A stretch of DNA of 64,000 bases, taken from positions 1 through 64,000 of the IMG/VR virus record IMGVR_UViG_3300027754_000039; one strand, 5' to 3'. Position 1 is the stretch's first letter, and each line of letters opens with the position of its first letter. Made by a program: the position numbers and the translations under genes. The notes below the pieces were generated by a model. That model saw only the letters and a program-made list of their open reading frames with translations. It made no database searches and was not told the DNA's origin. Source of the DNA: a virus. Below, one piece after another: positions 8,846 to 19,305 of the stretch.

Positions 8846-8877
8846 TAAATTTAAGTTATTTATTTTAAAGTACCAAA
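8846..8877 (-). promoter_or_regulatory. Bacteroidota-type promoter TTTG-N20-TAAATTTA
   Basis: Motif fills the intergenic gap. Confidence 0.78.
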
Positions 8878-9732
8878 TTAATCTTCTGATACAGCTCTTC
8901 CTATTTGTTTAGTCCAATCTAAATCCGTTCGATATAGCTCTAATGATCTAATATTCGAAGCAAGAGTTGGTACTTCTAAATTAAATGCCTTTGCCATAAA
9001 TAAAAGCGCATTAACATCTTTGGGGAAACAGTGTCCTCCAAAAGATAAATCACCATCTGGCCCAGGTACACTCCAATGTGAATTGCCTAAACGCTCATCA
9101 TAACGAGCATACTCAATTACCTTATCATAGTCAATATTTAAGCCTTGACAAATTTGATACATATCATTTGCAAATGATACTTTTGTAGCTAGAAATGTAT
9201 TTGTAACATACTTAATCATCTCGGCAATAGTAGCAGATGTTTTGATAATTGGCACTTGAGGGAATGCTTTAGAGAACACTTGCTTTACTTTAGTAGTTCC
9301 TGGTCTATCTCCTCCAATTACAATTCTATTTTGATTTTTATAATCATCTACTGCATTAGCTTCAGTTAAAAACTCTGGATTGAATACAAGCTCTAAGTTA
9401 GCATATACAGAACTTAATTGATCTGTAGTACCTGGAGGTATAGTTGATTTAATAACTACTATGTAATTCTTTTTATTCAGCGCCGTAGCTGATTTAGATA
9501 TTTCATACAACGCTGCATTGAGTATATTCAAATCACATTCACCACTCTTTCTCATAGGAGTTGGTACACAAAGAAAAGTTAATTCTGTGCTTTCAACTAC
9601 ATTGAATATTGAAGTGACATTACTAAATTTATTTGGATCTTTGTCAAATGCAAATACCTTAAAGTAATTTTGCATTCCTTCTCGAACGGCTGATCCAACA
9701 AACCCACTTCCGATGATTCCTATTTCTTGCAT
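8878..9732 (-). CDS. ugd: UDP-glucose/GDP-mannose dehydrogenase family protein (short form)
   Basis: GSGFVG Rossmann motif, KSTIPPG, NPEFL, FGGHCFPKD catalytic Cys. Confidence 0.88.
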   Translation of the reverse strand: MQEIGIIGSGFVGSAVREGMQNYFKVFAFDKDPNKFSNVTSIFNVVESTELTFLCVPTPMRKSGECDLNILNAALYEISKSATALNKKNYIVVIKSTIPPGTTDQLSSVYANLELVFNPEFLTEANAVDDYKNQNRIVIGGDRPGTTKVKQVFSKAFPQVPIIKTSATIAEMIKYVTNTFLATKVSFANDMYQICQGLNIDYDKVIEYARYDERLGNSHWSVPGPDGDLSFGGHCFPKDVNALLFMAKAFNLEVPTLASNIRSLELYRTDLDWTKQIGRAVSED

Positions 9733-10925
9733 ACTATTAATTGATTTTGATATTGTGTTAAATTTTGTATTTCTATTTTTAGATTTCCTAATTCAAATGT
9801 ACCTACTTCATTGTTAGCTTGAATTATTTCAGATAAATTTTGAATGTATTCAAAATCTACATTGGTAAATTTAGAACCTTCAATTCGAACTAAAACATCT
9901 ATAAGTTTTACATGCTCCGCATCTCTATTACATATTTTTTTACGTAAGTCAATTGAAGTATTAGGTTGCTCATTATAGATATAATGTTCAATAACGTTGT
10001 CTGTATTTTCTACATATACAGTCGTACACCAAGGCTCTAATGCGTGTAGCATGTCCAGGTTACAATGAGTTATGTAAAAACCTACTAGGTATCTAGGCGG
10101 TATAATAGGCTTCATAAGCGAATCATGTTTTACGAAGTGACCCCATTTGCGAATAAAGTTTCTAGCATTTTTAGTAGTAGTTCTAATCCACTCTTGAGAA
10201 TTAACACCCGCTCCGCCTCCTGCGTGTTTATTAAACCTAGAACCTCTAGAAGTAAAATGATATACCAAAGCATCCCATGATTGAATTACATTATAACCAT
10301 TTAATACAAAGCGATTAAATAAATCAGAGTCTTCTTTTGATTGAGGGGCAAATAACTCATCATGACCTCCAACTGCTAAATAATCTTCTTTATACATACA
10401 CCATGGAGCAAATATACCTTCAGTAGTCTTATCAGCGTGTATAGCTTCTAATTCTAAAAATCTTTGTACACTGTCATTGTAATTGTAATCCTCAATTTCA
10501 TCACCCCAAGCTAAGGTAATTTTCTCTGGGCCTGGAGGATGAAGAGGTGGTTCAATTCTAGTAGCACATACTACTGTGCCTGGCTCTAAATATTTAAGTA
10601 TGTTTACATCTAAATGGGGCGCAGCAACCATATCAGCGTGAAATGCAAATATAATTTCAGTGCGAGCCATTTCGATACCTTTATCAAACATACCAACAAT
10701 GCCAATACGAGTTGGACCTGGATTATGATATGTAATTAAATCTTTATCATTTAATTCTTTTATCCATTCTTGAGTTCCGTCTGAGCTAGCGTCATCTAAA
10801 ATTAAAATTTCATGAGTAGTCTTTAAATCTCTAATAGATCTATAAGCCAATTTAAGAAATTCTAAATTGTTTCTGCTAGGCAATACAAATGTAATTTTAT
10901 CCATTGCGTTTAGTGTTCCATTCAT
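9720..10925 (-). CDS. GT2 glycosyltransferase
   Basis: DDASSDGT, FHADM DxD motif, GGHDE. Confidence 0.85.
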   Translation of the reverse strand: MNGTLNAMDKITFVLPSRNNLEFLKLAYRSIRDLKTTHEILILDDASSDGTQEWIKELNDKDLITYHNPGPTRIGIVGMFDKGIEMARTEIIFAFHADMVAAPHLDVNILKYLEPGTVVCATRIEPPLHPPGPEKITLAWGDEIEDYNYNDSVQRFLELEAIHADKTTEGIFAPWCMYKEDYLAVGGHDELFAPQSKEDSDLFNRFVLNGYNVIQSWDALVYHFTSRGSRFNKHAGGGAGVNSQEWIRTTTKNARNFIRKWGHFVKHDSLMKPIIPPRYLVGFYITHCNLDMLHALEPWCTTVYVENTDNVIEHYIYNEQPNTSIDLRKKICNRDAEHVKLIDVLVRIEGSKFTNVDFEYIQNLSEIIQANNEVGTFELGNLKIEIQNLTQYQNQLIVCKK

Positions 10926-11757
10926 TAATATAATCTATTAAATTGATTTTAGGTTCCCAACCTAAAACTTCTTTTGCTAATATATCTTCACATAGCGTAT
11001 TAATTGCTTCTCCTGGTTTGTCAGCTGCATATTCAATATTATCATATTTAAACATATCAGCTACTTCTTTAATTGAGAAATTAATACCACGACCTAATTC
11101 AAATATATAACCCCAGGCGTCTTGAGTTTGAATTAATAGTAAAGCATCGACGATATCATTGATGTGAGTGAAATCTCTTCGCTTGGTACCATCTCCATTA
11201 ATAATAATCGGAGAGCCAGTCCCAACTGCATTCTCCCACTTACCAATTAATGTGCAATAGCCTCCTACTTTTAAATGATGAGGCCCATATACATTATAAA
11301 ATCTAGTAATAGTAGCTTTCAATCCGTAAATTTGTTGACATAGAATTACAATCTCTTCTGAAACGTCTTTGGCAAATGTATATGGATTTTTAAACTTACC
11401 AGAGTGATGTGAACTCGATCCTGCAAACTGCATAGGGATATTATTTTTAGCACAATACATAGATAAATTAAATGTTGCCGTTGCATTAGCTTTGAAATAT
11501 TCCAAAGGCATTTCAAACGAAGGTTGAATCCTAGCTATTGCAGCTAAATGATATACAATATCAAATTGGCCGTATACCGCATAATCTGTAATCTCAGATA
11601 TATCTCCTCTATGATATGTGCATCCCAATTGATGATTTGATAAAAACCCTGTTGAGTAATTGTCAATTGACACTACTTCATACCCTTGCTGAAGTAATCT
11701 TTTAATTAAATTGGTGCCTACAAAACCCGCACCTCCGGTTACTAATACTGTTTTCAT
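10897..11757 (-). CDS. NAD-dependent epimerase/dehydratase
   Basis: TGGAGFVG, HLAA, YTFAK, RFYNVYGP; MKTV start preferred. Confidence 0.9.
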   Translation of the reverse strand: MKTVLVTGGAGFVGTNLIKRLLQQGYEVVSIDNYSTGFLSNHQLGCTYHRGDISEITDYAVYGQFDIVYHLAAIARIQPSFEMPLEYFKANATATFNLSMYCAKNNIPMQFAGSSSHHSGKFKNPYTFAKDVSEEIVILCQQIYGLKATITRFYNVYGPHHLKVGGYCTLIGKWENAVGTGSPIIINGDGTKRRDFTHINDIVDALLLIQTQDAWGYIFELGRGINFSIKEVADMFKYDNIEYAADKPGEAINTLCEDILAKEVLGWEPKINLIDYINEWNTKRNG

Positions 11758-11761
11758 AAAA

Positions 11762-12463
11762 TTAATTTTTTTTGCCTCTAGCACATTCATATAAATAATC
11801 ACTGTCTTGATATGTATTTGATAAGTATTTAATTCTATTCGGACCAAACACTTTACAAATTTTATATCCTAACATTGTTTGTTGCAAATTTCCTATTCCT
11901 CCAATATGTACTTTACCTTCTGCATCTGGAATAGGCTCTTCCCATATAACTTCAAAGTCATATATTGCATTGAAATTCTTTTTAATAGTACACATAAAAC
12001 TTTCTCTAATAGTCAATACGTGATCTTTAGAGTTAAATAAATGTTTAGCATCATCCTTAACCCATTCAATAACTTTTTTACCTCGTATAACTTCTTCAGG
12101 ATCAAATAGTGCTGGATAATTAACTCCATTACCAATAAATGCTGCTCCTTGACTTAGCCAAGATAAACATATATTAATAAATCTCCAATCTTTAACAATA
12201 ATATCATCATGCATTAAAAATAATATAGTGTCATCTTTTAACTCTAAATAATCCAAGGCTTGTTGATATGCACCATCTTCTAAACCTAAGTTAGGAAATA
12301 CTTTGTATTTGAAGTTGTCTTTAATTCTTTGAGAAGGTTCTTTATGGCAGCTCCAAAATATATCAATGTGTTCTGAATTGGTATTTTGCAATTCAATTAA
12401 TCCATCAATAAATTCCGGAAATGCTTCAAAGTGCCATCCTACTATTATAAATTGTATTTTCAT
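11762..12463 (-). CDS. GT-A fold glycosyltransferase-like protein
   Basis: FLMHDD motif; located in glycan operon. Confidence 0.6.
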   Translation of the reverse strand: MKIQFIIVGWHFEAFPEFIDGLIELQNTNSEHIDIFWSCHKEPSQRIKDNFKYKVFPNLGLEDGAYQQALDYLELKDDTILFLMHDDIIVKDWRFINICLSWLSQGAAFIGNGVNYPALFDPEEVIRGKKVIEWVKDDAKHLFNSKDHVLTIRESFMCTIKKNFNAIYDFEVIWEEPIPDAEGKVHIGGIGNLQQTMLGYKICKVFGPNRIKYLSNTYQDSDYLYECARGKKN

Positions 12464-12464
12464 A

Positions 12465-12683
12465 TTATTTTTCTGTGAAGACTTCTATACATAAAACATT
12501 TTTATCATTAATCATAATCCATGTACCGTCTTGTTGTTTAAATTTAGTAAATTGCCCTTGTCGAATAGATTTAGATTCAATATTATTGAATGTACGTTTT
12601 TCTCCACCTATAAAATGTATAATTTGAGTTACGTACTCTCCAGCTGCTTCAGTAACTGAAGATTTTAAATCTATATTTTCCAT
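12465..12683 (-). CDS. hypothetical protein
   Basis: 72 aa ORF. Confidence 0.6.
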   Translation of the reverse strand: MENIDLKSSVTEAAGEYVTQIIHFIGGEKRTFNNIESKSIRQGQFTKFKQQDGTWIMINDKNVLCIEVFTEK

Positions 12684-13864
12684 TACCAGCCTTGCTTTAT
12701 ACAGTTTACAATATATTGTCTATCTTCTTCAGTCACCCACCAACCTACGGGAATAGCAACTAACTTTCCAATAACAGAATCTAAATTAGGCAATGCTGTT
12801 TTGTAAGGAGTTGTGCAAGTATGTTTATCATTTCTTTCATGAACCTGAGAAACCATAATGCCACATTCTTTCATCTTAGCATAAAAGCCATCTCTGTCAT
12901 CTACTAACATGGAATAAATCCAAAAAGAAGATTCTCTATCTGAATGTCTTGCTAAAGTAGTTAAACCAGGAATATTTTGCAAATTCTCATCATAAAACTT
13001 AGCATTGGATTGATGTGCTTTAATAATTTCATCTGCATGCTTTAAATTAGCTAGACCTACAGTTGCATTAACGTCATTCATATGAAATTTAAAACCCCAT
13101 TCTACAATGTCAGATTCGCAACGAAAGTCTTTTCTATTTCCATCTCGATCAATACCATACCAACGAACCAATTTACCTCGAGCGTGTAACTCATCGTGAG
13201 GCATTAACAACAACCCACCGTCGACCGATGTAATATGTTTAATCGCCTGAAGTGAATACATTACCATATTACCATGATTACCTAAATACTTTCCTTTGTA
13301 TTTAGTACCAAAGGAATGTGCACCGTCTTCTATAACTGCTGGTTTGAAGCCATACATCTTATATGCTTTTTCTTGAATTTGTTTAAGACGATCCAAGTCG
13401 CTAGGATAACCTCCCCAATGCACAATTATAATAGCTTTGGTTTTAGGAGATAGCTTTCTTTCTAAATCATCTAAATCCATATTAAGAGTGGTAGGGTCTA
13501 CATCAACCCATTTAATCTTTAAGCCATTAGCCAAAATAGGAAAGTTAGTAGCTGTGCAAGTTAATGCAGTAGCTAGAACTTCGTCTCCATCTTGAATACC
13601 TGGCCAATAATCATGACTTGCTCCAATGCCATCATAAGTATGAAGTACTTCTTGAGCAGGTTTTAATAAATGCAATGCTAAATGAAGTCCGGATGTACCG
13701 GAGTTCAAAGTTAATACATTTTTAACTGAAAGGAACTTTCTAATTTCTTCTTCAAATTCTTCTACTTTAGGGCCTTGTCCGATAAAGCCACTATTTAGAA
13801 CTTCTGTCACTGCAGGTCCTGCTTCTAGCGACATAAACACTTTAAATAAAGGTATGGTTTTCAT
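12683..13864 (-). CDS. DegT/DnrJ/EryC1/StrS sugar aminotransferase
   Basis: NSGTSGLHLAL, IEDGAH, SLQAIKHIT PLP lysine, DGG. Confidence 0.92.
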   Translation of the reverse strand: MKTIPLFKVFMSLEAGPAVTEVLNSGFIGQGPKVEEFEEEIRKFLSVKNVLTLNSGTSGLHLALHLLKPAQEVLHTYDGIGASHDYWPGIQDGDEVLATALTCTATNFPILANGLKIKWVDVDPTTLNMDLDDLERKLSPKTKAIIIVHWGGYPSDLDRLKQIQEKAYKMYGFKPAVIEDGAHSFGTKYKGKYLGNHGNMVMYSLQAIKHITSVDGGLLLMPHDELHARGKLVRWYGIDRDGNRKDFRCESDIVEWGFKFHMNDVNATVGLANLKHADEIIKAHQSNAKFYDENLQNIPGLTTLARHSDRESSFWIYSMLVDDRDGFYAKMKECGIMVSQVHERNDKHTCTTPYKTALPNLDSVIGKLVAIPVGWWVTEEDRQYIVNCIKQGW

Positions 13865-14799
13865 ATAATTAATTTATTTTTAAATGACTCTTCCGTATAA
13901 TGATCTTTATAAAGCCCCTTACACAATGTACTTGAATATAAGTAAAATTCTTCGTCGTTCCTAAGTTTTTTTGCAATTTCTCTTGCAGATTCTAAATCTC
14001 CTATTTCCACTGTTGTTTCTGGATGAAGTATTACCTGAGTATCCAATCCTTGATATCCTATACACGGAATACCTAAATAAGCACAATTAAGAGCAAACGT
14101 TCCTGCTGCATGAGTTCTCATTAAATGAATTCCAAACTTAAATTTATTTAATGTTTGCATCCATTGCAACCAATTCATATAGTCTAAATGATTTAAACTA
14201 GGCATATGCTCTTCTCCAGCTATACGACGTCCCATACTAGGTATACAAATATCCGTTTGAAATTCATTTGCTATAATATAAGAATCAAATCCGCCATACC
14301 AACTACAAAAATTTCCGCCAATCATTACATTGGATCGTTCAACCTTAGGTAAATTAACTAGCAAATCTTCAATCATTACGGTAGGCATTAATCTACACTC
14401 TTTATTTACTAAACCAGAAAAATATTTTTGATCAATACGATTATGCACATATAAAAAATCCATTTCTTGTAAAGTATTAAAAAACCAACATTGATCATTA
14501 ATTGAAAAATCTTGAAAATACCAATGCGGCCCTTCTTGCATATATGCAATTTGTTTACAACATTTTCTTAAATTTTCAATTAATGGATATTGTGATAGTC
14601 TATCAATATTCTTTTTTGGTATGGTAACTATACCTAAATCATATTTTTCGGTTATCTCATGCACATTCCAAATTGGATAATGAGTTGCTTCTAAAATACA
14701 CATCCAGGCAGAGTCATTACGCATATCAGGATGAGTTCTAGGTATTTTGCCTGTCCATCCTCCTTCAGTGAACCAAGCTACTTTTATTGATTGCTCCAT
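13861..14799 (-). CDS. glycosyltransferase-like protein (GT-B)
   Basis: C-terminal AAGTFALNCAYLGIPCIG; located in glycan operon. Confidence 0.6.
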   Translation of the reverse strand: MEQSIKVAWFTEGGWTGKIPRTHPDMRNDSAWMCILEATHYPIWNVHEITEKYDLGIVTIPKKNIDRLSQYPLIENLRKCCKQIAYMQEGPHWYFQDFSINDQCWFFNTLQEMDFLYVHNRIDQKYFSGLVNKECRLMPTVMIEDLLVNLPKVERSNVMIGGNFCSWYGGFDSYIIANEFQTDICIPSMGRRIAGEEHMPSLNHLDYMNWLQWMQTLNKFKFGIHLMRTHAAGTFALNCAYLGIPCIGYQGLDTQVILHPETTVEIGDLESAREIAKKLRNDEEFYLYSSTLCKGLYKDHYTEESFKNKLII

Positions 14800-15719
14800 A
14801 TTAAATTAGTTAATTCTGTTTTAGTCATTTTTTCTGCTGTTTCTGAAGAATATTCTTCCGGCAATTTATTCGTTCCAGTATTTTTTTCTTGATATATATA
14901 AACCATATTATCATACACATACGTGTAATCAATTTCAGATTCACTTATCAAATCTTCATTTAATTTCTCTCCTGCACGATTTCCTACAATTTCAATATTA
15001 TCAGAAATGGTTTGCGCCAATTCCAACATGTTAACCGTTTTCATTTTAAACGAGCAAATAAACCCACCAGTCTTCGCAGTGCATGTATCAATTGTTTTTT
15101 GTATAAGGCTTACAGCATCTTGTTGTGAAAAAATCAATCGATTCATATCCGGATTGGTTAATTTCAATGGTTGATTAGTTTTTGCCAAATTCAACCAAAA
15201 CGGTAACACGGAACCATTGCTATGAGCAACATTGGCAAATCTACACAACGCAAATTTATTACGAGGCGTATTTGCTTGTATAAAACATTTTTCCATTAAC
15301 GATTTAGTATCTCCATAAACACTTTGAGATGAACACGCTTTGTCTGTGCTGACTCCTATCGTTATCGGAACGTCTGCAGCAATAGCAGCGGCAATTACAT
15401 TTAAACTTCCAATCACATTTACATTACACGCTTGTATTGGATTTTCTTCGGCTATGTTAATATGCTTCATTGCAGCAGCGTGAATGACAATATCCGGTTG
15501 CACCTGTTTAAACACTCTAATCATAAAGTCTCGATCTTCAATGTTTCCAACATGACTGATGACGTTAGGGTGAGTTCGACTCAATTCGGTCAATGATTTT
15601 TCATTTCTACTAATATTGTAAAATTCATATTGATCGTGCATTTTAATAAATGCAGAACCAATAGTCCCGGTAGCCCCGGTGATGAGTACTTTTAATTTTT
15701 GTTCCATACGTCTTTCCAT
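14784..15719 (-). CDS. UDP-GlcNAc 4,6-dehydratase (PseB/CapD family)
   Basis: GATGTIG, HAAAMKH, STDKA, YGxTK, RFANV. Confidence 0.88.
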   Translation of the reverse strand: MERRMEQKLKVLITGATGTIGSAFIKMHDQYEFYNISRNEKSLTELSRTHPNVISHVGNIEDRDFMIRVFKQVQPDIVIHAAAMKHINIAEENPIQACNVNVIGSLNVIAAAIAADVPITIGVSTDKACSSQSVYGDTKSLMEKCFIQANTPRNKFALCRFANVAHSNGSVLPFWLNLAKTNQPLKLTNPDMNRLIFSQQDAVSLIQKTIDTCTAKTGGFICSFKMKTVNMLELAQTISDNIEIVGNRAGEKLNEDLISESEIDYTYVYDNMVYIYQEKNTGTNKLPEEYSSETAEKMTKTELTNLIWSNQ

Positions 15720-16651
15720 GATTTTGAAATGTAATTTACATTGAATATATTATAACAATTTTGCTCGCAGAATGTATTAGCGGCCTCATACCATGAATGT
15801 ACTTTGCGTAGCTCACCGGTACTAGTCTTATCTATTCCTTCTTCCCCTAATATATAACATCGCTTTCGAGGATGTTTACGATTGTGTACGACAAGTATAT
15901 TGCGAAAGTGATATTGCGGAATGTTACCTAAAATCTTTTGACTCATCAACATCATTGCCGTGTCTTCATGAACGAAAAATACACTTTTTGGAATATTGAC
16001 TCCTGCCTTTACCACTTCCGAAGAAATAACCAATCCACACCCATTGTACTTATGAGGAGTGATGACAGTGACGTCGATTTCCTCTATGTCGTTGTGTTGG
16101 TTTTGTTCGTCTTTGTTCATTAGGTAACGCAGAGACCACCAATTACTCGTGTCTTTTTCAATGAATGGCTTATCGGTAAAGGAAGGGTGCTCAAGGGGAG
16201 TCCACGACGCATCCCACATCTTGCAAATCGAAAACGTACCCATATATTTTGGCGTCTGGCGTACCACACTTTGATGCAATCCGTCCAAAGCTGTGAAAGC
16301 TTGTTTAGGAACTAACATATCTGATTCGCCCCAAATTAAAACATCTGCGTGATCACAAAAATAATCATTGAAGTTTCTTCTATAATCTGCAATGGTATAT
16401 AAATGTTCAACTATGGTCATATCAAAGCCATACTTGGCTACTGCATATCCTATAGCGCGAATACAATATTCCATTTTCTCTTCACTCTCACATTTTTCTA
16501 AATCTTGATTAGTAGAAAGTACAATGTCTACTTTAACTTCACCATCGTAATAATTAATAGCGTCTCGAAGAGTATCTAAATACTCAGATACCATTTCCAC
16601 TTCATACCATTGAACTAAACATCCAATAGCAAATTTAGTTTTATTTTCCAT
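15692..16651 (-). CDS. GT-A fold glycosyltransferase-like protein
   Basis: WGESDM, VHEDT; located in glycan operon. Confidence 0.55.
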   Translation of the reverse strand: MENKTKFAIGCLVQWYEVEMVSEYLDTLRDAINYYDGEVKVDIVLSTNQDLEKCESEEKMEYCIRAIGYAVAKYGFDMTIVEHLYTIADYRRNFNDYFCDHADVLIWGESDMLVPKQAFTALDGLHQSVVRQTPKYMGTFSICKMWDASWTPLEHPSFTDKPFIEKDTSNWWSLRYLMNKDEQNQHNDIEEIDVTVITPHKYNGCGLVISSEVVKAGVNIPKSVFFVHEDTAMMLMSQKILGNIPQYHFRNILVVHNRKHPRKRCYILGEEGIDKTSTGELRKVHSWYEAANTFCEQNCYNIFNVNYISKSWKDVWNKN

Positions 16652-17210
16652 AACTTAATATAACTCCTTCTTGATGAATTAATATTGACGATTCATTATA
16701 TTGATAACCTTCGGGTTGGCCTATATAACATTCTAATTTAAGTCCTTCTTCTATTGATTTAATAATAGCTTCATGAACTCCAAAGGCTTCTGGATGTCCA
16801 AAGTCATCGAATATAAAATACATTCCTTTATTAACGTCTATTCTAGACAATGCTGAATTAATATCATACATTACATGACCATAAGTATGTATACAATCAA
16901 TAAACGCTACATCTATTAAAGGCATTGAGCTAAATACTTTTGTTTTATAAGCATCGTCTGTATAATAAACAATATTACTTCTATCAACGTTATTTTGCTT
17001 AGCGTAATTAGTATTACTATCTTTAAAGTCTAAAGTATGAACTTCTTTAAACAAGCTACTTAATATCCTAGTAGTCCATCCGTGATTGGTTCCAATCTCT
17101 AAACATGTATCAAGATTTTTATCTTTGAAAAACTCAATTACATCTTGTTTGAATTTAAGTGAAGTTGTATTTTTGTCTTGAGTTTTGTCTGGTATAGAGT
17201 CTAATATCAT
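16641..17210 (-). CDS. class I SAM-dependent methyltransferase
   Basis: LEIGTNHG, FIDCIH, FDD. Confidence 0.8.
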   Translation of the reverse strand: MILDSIPDKTQDKNTTSLKFKQDVIEFFKDKNLDTCLEIGTNHGWTTRILSSLFKEVHTLDFKDSNTNYAKQNNVDRSNIVYYTDDAYKTKVFSSMPLIDVAFIDCIHTYGHVMYDINSALSRIDVNKGMYFIFDDFGHPEAFGVHEAIIKSIEEGLKLECYIGQPEGYQYNESSILIHQEGVILSYGK

Positions 17211-17980
17211 ACGTAATTATTTTTAACAATGTCCCAAGTTTGTTTCATGAAGCCATTTCTTTGGTCTCTTGGTATTCCATTATAATGCCAAATATATCCA
17301 TGCTTAATGAATATAGGTTCTCCTGTAATAATTGAAGGAGCTATTGCTTGTGTCATTAAAAGCTGTGACATATTAAATTTCTTAGAAATATGGTTAATGT
17401 CTTTACCATAATATTTTCTAGCTAGAAAATTAATTGGAGTTTGGTCGGTACCTTTCTTTAAAGAGTGATGTTGCAAATCTCTTAGTTTATCAATATTGTC
17501 ATTATAAAATTTAATAACAATCTCACAGAACTCTTCACTTTCTGTTGGTAATACTAAAATACCATTATTAATGTAATTGGTCCAATTTAAATCTACTCCA
17601 GTAAATTCCGGAAATGCTTGTTGATACCCATCTATACTATTGTTAACCCATTCTAAACTAATATCATCAATAACTCCAGAATATTTATTTTCTGAAATTT
17701 TAAATAAATTAGGGCAGTCCCAACGAACCATAGTATCAATGTCAATCATTGCTACTTGATTATATTCAATTTCATTATGTTTTAATATTTGATGTACATA
17801 CCAACGTTGCCATGTAGGTCTCATCATTTCAGTGTCCATTAATGGATCTTCTAGTATAAAAATTTCCATGTTATGCTTCTTAGCATAATACTTCCATGTT
17901 ATTAAAGCCCATTCTTTGTATGCATCTAAATTAGGATCATTAGCCTTAAGTGATGTAAAAAATAAAATATTCTTTTTCAT
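17207..17980 (-). CDS. nucleotide-diphospho-sugar transferase (GT8/GT34-like)
   Basis: IDIDT, NNGIL, DQ, WHY motifs. Confidence 0.75.
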   Translation of the reverse strand: MKKNILFFTSLKANDPNLDAYKEWALITWKYYAKKHNMEIFILEDPLMDTEMMRPTWQRWYVHQILKHNEIEYNQVAMIDIDTMVRWDCPNLFKISENKYSGVIDDISLEWVNNSIDGYQQAFPEFTGVDLNWTNYINNGILVLPTESEEFCEIVIKFYNDNIDKLRDLQHHSLKKGTDQTPINFLARKYYGKDINHISKKFNMSQLLMTQAIAPSIITGEPIFIKHGYIWHYNGIPRDQRNGFMKQTWDIVKNNYV

Positions 17981-18345
17981 ATGTCTATATCTTGTATACC
18001 TTTATTACGTTCAATGTTTATTGCTATTGCTGATATATATCCGTTAGGTTTAGAATCGTTAATCAAATATCTAGTGCCACCGCCGATACCCATTATTAAT
18101 ATGTCATAATAAATTCCTAATTCAGCTAAAGATCTTTCAGTCTTTTTACGCATAGATTCTTTGCGACCTGTAATTAAAATTATATTATATCCTTTGCGTT
18201 CCCATTCATCTAATTTATCTAACGTGCCTGGTATCAAAGATGCTTTGTAAATTTCTTTTGCATTTTCACTCGGTTTTGAATGCCAAATTAACGTACCATC
18301 TATATCACAAAAAATAGTTTTTGGTCTAGTATCCATGCAACTCAT
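17977..18345 (-). CDS. minimal HAD phosphatase
   Basis: DIDGTL, ITGR, INDSK. Confidence 0.85.
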   Translation of the reverse strand: MSCMDTRPKTIFCDIDGTLIWHSKPSENAKEIYKASLIPGTLDKLDEWERKGYNIILITGRKESMRKKTERSLAELGIYYDILIMGIGGGTRYLINDSKPNGYISAIAINIERNKGIQDIDI

Positions 18346-19303
18346 TTAATTTTTTAATAACTCTATTTTGAACTTCTTTATTAATATAAGTAAAATTTTT
18401 CATAATATCAAAAAAAGATTCATATGATATTACATAATGACCACAAATTTTAATTAATTCTTCTTTTTGTTCAATTGGATCAAACGCATCACTAACCCAC
18501 TTCACCCATTTTTTAGAATCATAACATATTTTCCAATATTGATTAAATAGCTCACTATCTTTTTCTATATGATCTAAATAAGTCTGAGTTTCTATTAATC
18601 CAAATTCAGGAGCGATATTAATTGCGTCTAAACCTAAATTAAATTTTTCTTTAATAATAGACGTAGGTATATAATCTCCATTATGTTCTTTAGTTAATAA
18701 ATTATATTTTTTAGCTAGCTCAACCATTTCAATTAAACGAGTTTTATCATATAACCCAGTTTGAGTATTACCTTTTAAAGCAGTACCGGATTGTATTACT
18801 AAATATTTTATTTTAGAAAATAAATTAGCACCTAATTCAATATTTAAATCAATAATTAATTTATTTAAATCTTCTACTTCAAATCGTCTAATAGATTCTT
18901 CAGTACCTATTTCATATTTTAATTTAGGATTGATAGCATTACATACTTTAATCATATCAGCAGTCCATGCTAGACCATCAGCGTAATTAGGATATTGTTT
19001 CCATGGATCTATATGAATTAAATCTAAATATTTACAATCATTAATCAGCGAAGTATATCCACTATCAATAGTTTGGCCTTGACCAGGTCCTGAATGATCT
19101 CGCTGTAAAATAATGTTATCTGTTTTCCTTTTAACATATTGAGTAAATGTGTCTGTTGACCAGTTATTAACATATCCTCCATTCCATTCTACTTGTCGAC
19201 GAGATGGAATTAATCCTATATTGTGACCTGTCTTATTACAAAATGTAATAATGGCGTCTACAACATTTTTAGTCATCGGTCCTATAAAAATTTTCGGGTT
19301 CAT
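18326..19303 (-). CDS. GatZ/KbaZ-like class II aldolase-fold sugar-phosphate epimerase
   Basis: SRRQVE..GGY, RDHSGP and IHIDP parallel the GatZ motifs SNQV..GGY, GDHLGP and IHLD. Confidence 0.6.
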   Translation of the reverse strand: MNPKIFIGPMTKNVVDAIITFCNKTGHNIGLIPSRRQVEWNGGYVNNWSTDTFTQYVKRKTDNIILQRDHSGPGQGQTIDSGYTSLINDCKYLDLIHIDPWKQYPNYADGLAWTADMIKVCNAINPKLKYEIGTEESIRRFEVEDLNKLIIDLNIELGANLFSKIKYLVIQSGTALKGNTQTGLYDKTRLIEMVELAKKYNLLTKEHNGDYIPTSIIKEKFNLGLDAINIAPEFGLIETQTYLDHIEKDSELFNQYWKICYDSKKWVKWVSDAFDPIEQKEELIKICGHYVISYESFFDIMKNFTYINKEVQNRVIKKLNELHGY

Positions 19304-19305
19304 TA

